This document shows, piece after piece, positions 42,701 through 55,800 of a stretch of DNA of 64,000 nt; positions within the stretch are counted from its first letter, which is position 1, and every line of letters begins with the position of its first letter. The DNA is from Phoronis australis (taxonomy: Eukaryota > Animalia > Phoronida): assembly GCA_002633005.1 (NCBI GenBank), contig NMRA01000609.1, positions 172,977 to 236,976 of the forward strand, given 5' to 3'. The notes under the pieces were generated by a model. It worked only from the letters and a program-made list of their open reading frames with translations. It did no database searches and was not told the DNA's origin. The translations under genes and the position numbers were made by a program.

Positions 42701-45700
42701 GTTTTTCAGATTGAAAATACAGATTGTCAAGATCTTTAATGGATTTTAAATTTCCCCATTAAAATTCGCGAAAATTTGCTTAAATACATAATGCTTGACG
42801 TTCCTGAAAATCTAAGGAAATATCCTGACCTATGTTGAAAAATAAAATATTATATATGGCACTGCACAAGATATCGAGTAAAGTTTTGAACCAAAGATCA
42901 TATAACATCCTAATAAACAAATACCAGTATGCACTTACTAGAAACATTTTATCTGCTAACTGATAACATGAGAACCAATGACGGGTCCTGCTACCTGTTT
43001 AAGGAGCTATCTTTATACAGTGAACGCCAGTGGGTAACAGGGGGCTGCTACCTGGTTAATAAGTTATCTCTATACTATATAGAACACTGGGTAATAGGGG
43101 GCGCTTTTGATTTAAGGCATCTATAAGCCAATGGCGGGTCCTACTACCTGGTTAAGGATTTATCTCTATACAGTGTATGACAGTGGGTAACAGGGGGGTG
43201 CTTTTGATTTAAAGCATCAATAAACCCACCTTCTGTCATACTGTCATAGAAACCTTTGATTTGGACCATCTACATGGACCATGTATGCTAAATAACTGGC
43301 ATAGGCCTGTTCCTTATGCAAATCAGAAATGATTTCTGGCCTTGAATAGTAATCCTGACACGTCGTTATTGTCCCGGGTCACCAAATGACATGTCGTTAT
43401 TGTTTGAGACCAAACCCAGGTCACCAAGTGGCACGTCATTATAGTTTGAGACCATTCCCAGGTCACCAAATGACACGTCATTATTGTTTGAGACCATTCC
43501 CAGGTCACCAAATGACACGGCGTTATTGTTTGAGACAATCCCCAGGCCACCAAATGACATATCATGGGAGACTGTCTGTTCTTCTCAAGCCCAGAGGCCT
43601 ACTCCAGTCCATGTAACGAACAAGTTGAGACAAATTTTATGACCGTAAATGGCCTAAATCAAAACTTATCTTGGTTGAAAGGTGGATTCAATGCATAAAG
43701 CAAAGAGAAGTTCCGCTCTTTCCTGGTAGAGGGCAGGGAAGTCACCACGTGATCAATCGCCACATGTAAAGAAAAGATTTCCCACCAGCACATGACAAAA
43801 GGGTATTGTTATAAATAAACCCTACATATTAAACAATACTGCACGTAATATCAACCAACCACAAATGCTTCTTTATTTAACGCTGTCTCAGTTTTCTCAT
43901 TTTCCAGTTTTGACACATCTTCAGTCGACTCTGAAGAGGCTGGTTTCTTTAATTCCTGAGCGTGTCCCATTGCTTTACGTGCAGAATTTATGACATTCAT
44001 CGCAGACACGGAGACAGTCCTGAAACGATAAGAAACAAAAAATGAAACATGCATACAAACTACTGAAAATATACGTAATAACATATAATCAAAAATAAAT
44101 TAAATCTGTTCAACTATGGTACTTACCAACAATCCCTAAGCCCTCAAGGGCATTCCACGCCTTCTCGCAGAATGGTGGAACGATTAAAATTGCGGGACAG
44201 GACATTCCTACTGTGCTCTGGCGACGTTTGATCGATACTAGCGCTCTAAGCAGCAGACAAGGCAAAGTTGAACAGATTTAATTTCTCTTTGATTATGAAC
44301 TTTCCTGGTTCAACAAAGACTTACATTGCAAGGTATTTAAAATTTTCAAAAAACATTTTTATTGTATTAAGAGTTTACATTATTTGACAAGGTCATCACA
44401 CAAACTTTTCCAAATTCCAAATGTCAATGCTTCATCCGAATAAATGTAGGACCAGTCAACGCTCAAATAAATGAAGAATGGCACTGGCTGAGCCCAGTAA
44501 GCACACAAATTTGTAATTTTCGAAAAAAGATGTACCTGAGAGGACTTGCAGCCGGCTGATGTAGCATCATAATTGGTGTCTTGGCCTTCGCAGCGAGTCC
44601 CCCATTTTCTGATTTTCTTGTTCTGGCAGGTGTCTTCACTCCCCCTGTGGCTGCATTAGCCTATTGGACAATACAATGTCAGTTATTATTATACACTACC
44701 ACCAATACTTCTGATTGGCTGAAACACAGTATGACTGCTTCCTTAAAAGGTCAATGTTGTTTTTATGGGATTATTACTCGATGGAGTTTTTGATCAGAGC
44801 TGTAAAACTGAAACGTATGTTTGTGTTTGTGATGTCATTACAAATCGCCAATTGTTGTCGTCTACCAAACACTCGCTGAAATCGAGGCCCATTACTTTAC
44901 CAGGTACATATTGGGAGACGGAATTAGCTTAGGCAGCAGAGCAATTGGCTGTGACGCCAGAATTCCGGATCCGATTCCACGCTGAGCCGATAATGCCACT
45001 TCAAGAAGTGATATTGTTCAGTTATCCATGTAATATCACTTTTCAAACCGCCCAGAAATGATCTGACCAATAGCAGGCTGCAGAAACCATAAACTCCTCA
45101 TCATACACCCAAAATTAGTGAGCACAAAAATGGCAAATCAGGAAAAATATATCAATCTAAGGATCAAGAAATATAAGCCAAGAAGCACAGATGGTCGTTT
45201 AGTAAAACAAATATAGACTGGTCTCTCTTGCACGTCAGATTATGTGGACCTCGTAAAAGCGATGATGGCAAAATTGCTCTACCTAGGTCCATATTACTTG
45301 ATATTTGGTAATTAAAAAGGAGAAATGGAGAATTATTGATGATTTAAACCCAATACAAAATTGCACCATGATAAAACTAAAAGTAACTGCACAAGGAAGA
45401 CAATATTTCTACAGAAAAATGTAATTTCAAACCACGGTAAAACTGTACAAAGAGAAACTAATTTCGTGCCATCGTAAAATTAAACAGTACAGAAAAACAC
45501 GTTATTTTCACACCACGAAAAACCGAAAAAGTTCAGGGAAAACGCCCTTTTGTACCGTGATAAAATTAACGCCGTATAGGACAATACTGTAACTAATCCA
45601 TATCACGGTGGAGCTGAAATTGTGTCAGAAGAATTAGTTTTGTACTGAAGACTCACAGTAAGTGACTTCCTAGCAGATGTTGTGTCAGTCGACGACTCTT

Positions 45701-48700
45701 CAGAAGACGCTTGCTGCTCCTGCTCAAACTTTTTTAAATCAAATTCTATTTCCTTGGCTAACTGGGGATCTGCCAGCAGAATGTCTACAAAGTGAGAACC
45801 AGTGAGTGTGTGAATCTGACAAACCACAGGAAATATTGTAAAGAAGTAAACTTAAAATACACAGAAAAACACCCACTTGTTGGGGTTAAATGAGAAAACT
45901 GACCAATTGTCAATGCCGGAATTGATTAAAAGGCCGTTTAAACACACGATGAATCACAAGAATCATGCTAAAATAGCTCCAGTAGGTCTCAAAACAAGTT
46001 CACAATATTTCTTGTCGAAAACCGGTGACATTACTTTCAAAATAAAAATTTTCGGTTAATTTTCAAATAATTTATTTTTAGCATTGTTATTCGTCAGATT
46101 TCTTTCTAGATTATCACCATTTCTTCGACAAAGTCGGACAAATTTCCATGAAATTTATCAATTTTTTTGAAAACCACTGCAACAAGTTTCAGAATAATAT
46201 CTTGCCATGTCTAGTTATCCTAAGTTTAAGAATAAGTTCACAATCTGTTCAGAATATAAGGTTTGAATTGCCGAAACAAACGCTGCACTACTATTAATCA
46301 GCTGACCTTTGACATCGTTCTTGTAGTCACTCATCAGCAGATGGAGATAGGCCATCAAGTTCTTTAACACCGGTGACCGATGTTTCTCAAGCAGATGTTT
46401 CAGGCCGATCACAACAGGGACCACATTCTCAATCACGTTCTTTCTCATCACCTGCCACATGACATCACAAGATTAAACGATGCAGATAATTAACATAATT
46501 AAGAAAAATTCATTTAAATTAGCAACACCCACCTGCATAATTATGTAACAAGCCAAGATAAATTTTGATCAGAAGTCGATGTAAGCCAATAGGTTTCAAA
46601 ACTTCACATTCAAAGTTTTACACATAAATGGACAGTCTAAATAATTGTAAATGTTCCTTGACACGTTGCGATAAACGACTGGATGAAAATAGCACATTCA
46701 GTCTTGGGCATTATTTTCTGAATTCAATCTATTTAAGTCTCAGCTTGAACATAAAGTTAATTTCCATTTAAATGTCCTGCAACTCTTTCGTAATTTTCCC
46801 AAACTGCATTCACACTCTTCCTGTGACAAGAAGCCCAATAAGACCACCAATACGAGTAAATAAATGATACAAGAACACAAAAATATTTATAGTCAACTAA
46901 ATGTCTTTTTGACCATATGCTTATATTTGACAAAATAGTCATATAGTTGACTACCACAGTCCACTACTAGACAGTGTGACAGATTTTTTCCAAACTATCA
47001 CCAGTTACCACAACCTATTAGACTCTTCGTTTGCGGAGGTAGAAAAACGCAGTGTGTGACTGACCTAGTTCTTGAAATGAAGTGGAGATCATTTTATTGC
47101 TCCTCAATCAGCTTCTCAATTTCAGTGTCTGCATTGTAACTCACCATGCAATAGGAAAACTTTATTGACAGACGAACTTTAATGTAAAGTAATGATTCCA
47201 TGGCAGCAGTGTACAACTACGGGGCAATTTACCCACAATGCTCCAGAGATGTGGAGCATTGTGGGTAAATACTAAAAAATCGAAGAGGGCGCTGTAGTAC
47301 TCCCGGAAGTGATTATTAATTTTGAAAACTACCGCACCTGAGATATCAGTGACTTTTTCGCTTTGTCCATCACAGCCATAGCCATGTCCTGCTCCTCGAC
47401 AATGTCGTCCACGGGCCGTGACCTCATCGACGTCAGTTTTATCTCTGCACTACATAGAACATTGAGACAGTCCTGCAACACGGCGCTGGAGTCCGCATCA
47501 AGAGGAAGTGCACCGCTGACCATAGCATCTAAAACCTGCAACACAATTGGATCTTCATATTACCGATTCACGTATGTTCTGGTAAAATCCCACGGTGTTT
47601 AAACAGGAAAAACAATTTTGCTCAAAAATCTTAGCCGGTTGACCTGACACAACTGACGAAGAGAATCAAGAGCAGCCATTGATATGCTGTAACAAACCAA
47701 ACCAATTCTTTTCCTGGTCTTGTAGAGGTTTAAGGCTATGCGTTGTTCATTGACTTGAGGAGAAGAATGGATCATTACTGACACTCCAGTGGTACAGGAA
47801 CACATACTTACGTCCTTACAAAGTTTTGAAGAGAGTTGAAACTTGTGCTCATCGGTCATGTTCTCCAACATAAACTTGTACACTTCCATTCTTCGGCTGC
47901 AAAGATGATCATTGGCACATTATACAACATGACAGGCAGATCTATCACACTGAATTATGCCACTTCACTGTATAGTTTGAGTGAATAGATTTGGAATGTT
48001 TCAAGTCAAAATTGTAAATATCAAGTGAATGTTTTACTTGAATAGTAGGTTTTAAAAAGCTGATATTTTTTCTAATTGAATATTACCAAAATTATGAGAC
48101 ACAAATTTCCTGGTAATTTTCAAACTATTTAGTGCTATTTGCAGTAGGATTTCCTAGTGAGTTTGCATAACAACATCAGACAAATATCAACAAAAATCGT
48201 CAGATTTGTTTGTAAACCACTGAAAGTTAGTTACGAAAAGTCGGTGGAACTATTTTCATAAAATTATCCAACAGAGGGGGTGGAAACAGTTCATGAAGAA
48301 AATGTAATTTAAGATTTAGATATTAAAAAATGAGTTAGATGTTGACCACATTGTAGTAATATTGATAGGGACTCGCGACTTGACTTTCCTGGATGTTTAA
48401 ATGAACAAACCCTACCTGGCGTTTGCAGTCCCCTTCAACGAGAACAGAGCCATTTCTCTTTCAGACTGCGAGAACTTGTTGTAAACTGAAAATAAAATGG
48501 AAATTCATTGACCAGAAGAAATCTGTGCGAACGGACATGGAAACGCAAATAACATTTTGGCTGGATTTAAACAAGTCGTTGAAAATGTAGATTGAAGAAA
48601 ATGTTTTGACTTTCTTTAAAACAAGTAGAAGTAAAACATAAGAAAGCCCACTTTCATTTTGTAATGATCAAAATCTTCGCACAAAGTCGTGCTTTCACTA

Positions 48701-51700
48701 ACTGAAGCTGCGGAAATTTTAGTAGTAAGTCACTTACTAGAATGCTTGTCATAGCTGTTATGTGGAAAATGTCGACTTAAGATACTTCAGGTGTCCATAA
48801 AACAAAACATAAGCGCACTTGCATTCTGTAATGGTCAAAATTTTTTGCACAAAGTCGTGCTTTCACTAACTGAAGCTGAGGAAATTTTAGTAGTAAGTCA
48901 CTTACTAGAATGCTTGTCATAGCTGTTGAAATGGAAAATGCACTCAACAAAGTGGTGAAAGAACATCGTTGGCTTCCGTTGCAGAAGAATGTGGACCAGG
49001 CAAAACTGGGCTGAAATTAAGTGGAAACAATGTGACTCCCAGAGATGACCAAACAGATGGAATAATATTGCATTTAAAAGTAATAATTTATTAGTTACTT
49101 GCATGCTTCTAGACGTTTACAAAAATCAAAAAGTGGATAATTTTTCATGTCAGGGTGTTATCTGAACAGAATTTAATATTAATAATCATTTGATAATTGC
49201 GACTTATATCGAAGGAGATTATTGAATAATAAGTCTTGTATTCAATAGTTAAAAGTAGACATTCCATCGCCATATTTAAATTGTTAAATGTGTCATCTAC
49301 AAATCAAATTTCCTCATTTGTAAGGCTAAACATGTAATTTATTAGAACAGAACTTTTTCAATAACAAAAATCAAACATATTTCACATATTTCTTATAACT
49401 GCAAGAATAAATCTGAACTTTGCCCAGCAACAGGACAGAAGTGATCCTCTCCTGATCATATATGACTCAGATCTGTTTTAACGTGACTTACCCAACTCCT
49501 TTATTTCACTGTGTTCATCAATCACTGTCGTTATAAAACGATAGAACAACGAGCCCTTCCACTTTACATAATCTTCCTAAAATAAAAATTAAAAAAGTTT
49601 TCATTCGCAAAAATTAATCCACTGTTACCATGGCTTTCATATGCTGAAATCAGCATCAGAAAGAATGAGAATACGAGATTGGTAAATGTGACCACCAAAA
49701 GCAACTTGAACCAAATCCAGGAAATATTCCAAGATGTTTACCTGAAGTAGATGAGTGAGAAGTATTAGTGTCTGTTTCCTTATGAGTGGACACTTATCTT
49801 TAAGGCAGCTGGCGATGTTAGGTACATAGGAATCTACCACTGCTGTGTATCTGTAGAAGGGACATTGTACGTTTATGATTACACAAAATATTTCAGTTAG
49901 TAAAAATTGTTTTATTTCGAATACTAACAACTTTGCTCTGTTTAAATGTCTGTGACGTTGAAACACACAAAATATTTTGGACAATGAGGAAATAATTAAC
50001 ATCAAACAACAGACATGATTAATGGTAGATTTTCACTAGGTTAAATTAAACTCTCTCGTATTCCTTTTTGATCACAAGATCTACATTCTTTTTGATAGCA
50101 AAATCAAAAAAGTAAACAAAAAGGAGTATATCTCACCTGACACACAAGTCACACATTATGATAATCACATTATTCCTGATGGCCATGTCAGTTGAAGTTT
50201 CCATCTCTCTCGCCAGAGCTGCCACCCATTTCTTGGCTAAGTCCTCGTGTTGCAAACACAGCTTTCCTGAAATATCACCGCAAAGTTTCAGTAAACCTTT
50301 CCAAAATTCACACACATAAAAATTAATGATGCGCATTAACTTTGATTATGCTGATGCTAGATTACGAGTCCTCTACAAAGATACACCTTACTGCGCTATT
50401 CCTGTCTTGGAAGCTTACATTGTTTTAAAAACAAGCCGTTTTCGTAACATTGAATTTTTTAAAAAACTGTAACAATGTTCAGTATTGATACACAGTTGAT
50501 CCTATTTGGAGTTAATGCCTGATTGAAAATTTCAAGCTAGAAGATTTTCATGAGCCAAGTCTGCAAATAGTGATAAAGTTGGACAGATTTTCATAATTGA
50601 TGATCGATAGTGTCCAGCAAGCAGAAATAGATTATAATTAATAATCAGATTTCAAATGAATATATTGAAATCGTGCATTGTAGAAACGTCACGTAAGACT
50701 AGAATAATTGTCGGTAAATCCTGGTGTTAAGACAGTTAACTTTGTTTTTAGCTACTGCAGAATATACACTTATGATTGACATATGTACCAATGATAAAAA
50801 CATATGTGTGTCACAAGCTCGTTCCCAGAAATGAAAAGGAGACCGAGGTTAACAAAGTAAGGTCATATACAAGTGTAATGAATAAGAATGAAAAAAATGC
50901 AGCATGTACAAAATGATAATCACTGGTAATATGGGCAATAAAAAATAGCTACAAGAGATGTTGTAAGACAGTTCATGAAGAGAATGGAGGAAATTGTAGA
51001 AATTATGTATTGTGGCCCCAGAGTTATACAAGAAATCAACACTCGTCAACCAAATATTATTTTTGTGTAGTAGTTAAAAGCTTTGTTTGCATGCTTGCAC
51101 AGAATTTCTTCCATGACTGAGAACAGATGGCAAATATTGCTGCAGCAATGTCAACAGTGAAACATCGCAAGATTCTTTTTCCACAACTCCATGATTGACA
51201 GCACGTGACAAATATTACATTTTATGTCACCAATGAAACAATGCGAAGTTCTTTTCCACAACTACATCTGCACTCTACTTATCTCAGTGAGTCGCAGAAC
51301 AAATACCAATCCCAGCTGCACGCCAGCAACATGACAGAATTTCAGCTAAGCCCATAAAAGGCAATGCTAACGTTATGAACTGAGCATGAACAAAAACATG
51401 AGCAAACATTCTAAAAGTGAAATTCCAATTTTTGTTATTTGCATCACTTTTATAGACACTGATGTGAAAAAACCTTTACTTATTTTGTCCATCCAATTTC
51501 TGGTTAATTCGGGACAGATTTATCGATTTTGGAAAACCAAGTGCGAGCGCTTGATGTTTGGCCATGATTATTTTTCAAGTTGAAATCAACTTACCAAGAG
51601 TAATGTACGCAAAGGCGCGTATCCTGTTGGATAACTTTGAAGCGGGCACTGGCTGAGACTCTCCATCAACTTAAAAAGAAAACAAACGCAATTCTGCAAT

Positions 51701-52777
51701 ACTTCCAAATTCTGTAATTAGAATCATTGCCAATTCAACAGTTATGGGAAAACGTACATCAATGTTTCCAAACATTTTATACAGGCGGTAAGAAGAAAAT
51801 GTGACATGGAATGTTTAGGCAATAGTCACTTAGAGGTCCTGGATTTCGAGAACCAGTTTGATGCCTGTTTTCAGTTGATAAAACTGGTTCTCAAATTGAT
51901 TATTATAAGAGAAGCACCAATCAAAATCTCTTGACAACCACAATTACAATGTCAGTCAATGCCACAGCATGCCTTTGATGTTACTCTTCACAGTGCCAAC
52001 AGAGGGCATACATGTAGTTACAGCCAACAGAAATCAGAGCTGAATTCGAAAGCGTTTTTGCGACAACAGCGCAATCCCAGTGCACAACTACATACCATGT
52101 GAACGAATGTGTTGGAACCCTTGCAGATACCCTTCAAGTCATGGGAAGAGAAAAATTTCGTCTTCATTCCTCCAACTGCATTATTCGCTGATACTAGAAC
52201 ATGACTTTACTAAAGGGATGCAGGTATTCAATACTGTTAATGGGAACCTTAGGCACATAATTTTTATCCAATTTGAACTCTGATAAAGTCTACTAAAACT
52301 CACCATTGATAGGGGAAGTAGCGATTAAACTTTGTACAAGGGCAAACAGTCTCTTGGGCACTTTGTTAGGACAATGCTGGGCTGCCTCTCCCAGTGTGAA
52401 CAGGTGGCGTGTTACCCTGTCTTCGTCACCTGAGTCATCTACAAATGCACAACCATGAGATATAATGCAGTTCAAAAGAACAGTATAGCACAGAGCTTCA
52501 GTGCAGACTCTCACATTTCAGGTCCGAGTTTGAATCTTGTGTTGGTAAACACTGATTGAGACGGGACGGTACCATGGAATCCACGCCCTTGTCATGACAT
52601 GAGAGTTATTAAGATTGAGTGTTATAATTTCTTGTTAGCATGCCCTTTGTATGTGGACGAAAATTTGGCATTCCAATTGCTGTAATAGATATACCACTTG
52701 TTTTGGTCGCTTGTCGAGTTCACAAGATATTAATGTCATAACCAATTTTTTTCGTACTTGCAGTTTGTTTAAACCAA

Positions 52778-52835
<58 letters not shown>

Positions 52836-55800
52836 AGGGTGGGTGGGTCGGTGGGTGCATTTCGTGTGTGTGTTTATGGTGTGCTTATTTCTGTAAAAAG
52901 GGGCCGGTGGCCTAATTACATTTCTCCCTATCCTCAGCTTTATCTGAACATGCCCAGGAATCAGGACATCCCGTCAACTGGGAGTCTGTCAACGTTACTG
53001 ACAGTGAGAGCCATTATTTTCTCAGAATGATCAGGAAAGCCATACAGATTAGACAGCACAACACCTCTATTAACAGGGACAGGGGTAGAGTTACCCCCCA
53101 TCTACAACAGACTTACTGCTAGTCAAATGCCACCTACAAAACCCAAACAACGATCGTCATTGTGAGGAAGTCAATCCCCGTGATTGATGAAAGTCTCAAT
53201 GGCGAGGTAATTAACCTTGCTTGTGGTATGATAACCCTTTGTGAATATTTTTCTCAAGGTGATGAACATTTTTGGAAACTTGGTGATGGCTTTTCTCCCT
53301 TTGTAAACAATAATGAAAGAAAAACCAAGAAAAGTTTCTCCAGCTTGTAATACACCTTACAAGCCTAAAGTATTCAGACAAAATGACCCAGAATTCCCTG
53401 TCATGACAGCTGGGCAGAAGCTGAATTCGTCGTCAGAGTAGTCTCCCCTGATGACAGAGAATGAAGGAGAATTAACAGGAAAGGTCATAAGGTGGCTAAG
53501 CCACTCTGTAATAAAAATGTTGCCACCCTGATACCTATTACCATTGATTTTATAGTTATTATTATTGGTTGCCATGACAGGAAAATGGTATTTTGTCCGA
53601 TTACAAAGCCGAAAACAAAGCTTTCCCCTCCTGACACCTGAAAAAATTTCAGTGCACACTGGAAAGGCTCAATCTTTTATTACAAAATGTTCGATAATTA
53701 CACAAAACTTTGGTAATACTTTATACCTGCGTTATCACTTGACACATAGCTGTAGAGAAAACTGTCGCACTTCTTCATCAAATCCTCACACCAGTCAGCC
53801 ATTTTTTCCTGGATAGCTTCGTCGCCGTCTGCCATATAGAGCTGTAACAATTGGTGGTGAGAGGCATTTACAAAATTTTAAAGAGGTTTGGAAAGCGATA
53901 AATAGACTAAAGTGCAATATCGAAAGTGGTTCTCTGCCACTGAAACAAAATTCGGCCAGCTCACCAGGTATTTTTAATGTTTGTTCGTAATTTTTCAATT
54001 GCTGTTCATATCAAATCATTTTCTTTTAGATTCAAATTTCAAAAAATGACCTGTCAACTGATCGCCATTTTTCTCGCGCAAGGCAAAGCACGCCTCCTTA
54101 TTTGGTATGGCAAGATATAGACAAAGCACATTTCCCTTATATGGAAAATGTGACCTTTGACCTCAAGCGACTTCATGCAACTGCACTTGCATTCATTTAT
54201 CATAAGTGGGATGGAGATTAAAAACTCTGTGGTAACCACAGAAATTTTTTTTCGGGAGTATTTCAAAAATCGTGAATTTTGTTATTTTTTCTGGAAACTT
54301 CTTCACAGGGGAAAGTGAATTAATCTGTACTAGACATTGCGAGATGGTACTTTCGTTAGAAATTGTTTAAAAGATATTTTTGATGAGCTTTTGTGTCCAT
54401 GCCTGTTTAAAGCGGCTATGAAACTGCCTTCTGCCAAACACACACTCACTGTTGAATAAGAGCAATTACCAACTGGTTTCTAATAGTTCCTCGATCAAAA
54501 CCGAGGTGATTTCTTGACTTGGAAAGTACTGGCAGTTATTGTTTGAGCCCAGGCACTATAAGTTTGTTTGTCAAAGCATATCATTTAATGGAACAAGCAC
54601 AAACTGTCCCTTTTTACCGAACATGGAAACCACTTCTCATTTGAGTTAGGAATAAGTCGAGACCAGTTTAATAACATAGAGAATGGATTCACATTTAATG
54701 GCAAGTCACTATGTGTCCTATCTAAAAATTTTCAAACTTTATACTTCGTGCAAATACTACATTAATTTATTTTTCATACTGTCCTCTCAGTGAATTTCTG
54801 GTTGAATTTTGTTAACGAAATATTGCCTCGGAGTACAAGTCTGATAAGCCTATTAAAAATACAATATTATGTCAATCTCGATGCCTGAAATTAAAGATTT
54901 TCTGAAATACAGCAAGTTGCACTACACTTTTCTTCACCGTACCTTGGCCATACAGGACATGCTAGATGTTATCAGTTGCGGTGGTTGGTTGAATTGTCCA
55001 AGAATATCCTGCAAGTCACCTGAAACAACCCATCGTGTTAATCAACACATCTCTCACTCTAAGGTCGCAGTTTTCAACAAGATCATTTTGAGTCAAATAC
55101 CAACCATTCAACTGACACAATCTCAAGAACACCTAACTAGGACATCGCTGTATACATTTTTGATCACAAGTGGTATTTTGTCTCTCAAAGCAGCTAGACA
55201 TAGATGCACGTAATTATAGACCCACGTGCTTATATGAGAAGCAGAGGTTATATCCGGAACCAAGAGCATGCACCTATTTATGAAGATCTTAAGTAAAACC
55301 GAGGATCAAAAATTTTAAAATACTCCAAGTCAAGAGTAAAACTTAACTTTCCATTACAAAAATGTGGACATGGGCATGCATTAAATGTAACACAAATTAT
55401 TAAAAGAAAGGTACTGAGGATGACAAAAAACAGAAAAACAACATCCAGTTTTAACATCCTCATGCAAAGAATAGCGACATGAATCTGTAAGTGATTATTT
55501 CCGGCACATACTCATGGGACAAATACCGTAATATTGACGATGATATAACACGCAATAGAGCTTCATGCCCAGCATAATTCACGGCAAACTTAAAACTAAC
55601 TGAAAGTCAAGTTCTTACCAATCACTCGTGTGCGATCTGTCTCAGCCAGTTTCTTGGCTACGTTCCCCAAGACTGTCAGAACTCTGGTTAACGTGTCGAA
55701 ATCCAAAGACTTGAGATGTTTCTTCCAATAGTCGATGACAAATCCAGCATTGAATTTGGAAACAAACGTAGTGATTTCAGCTAGCATAAGCCAGGTGGCC

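Noticed and set aside
43323-43616. Repetitive ORFs (e.g. [13 protein letters not shown]) and repeat array
   Set aside because: A 42-bp minisatellite open in several frames, with no spacers and no supporting splice sites.
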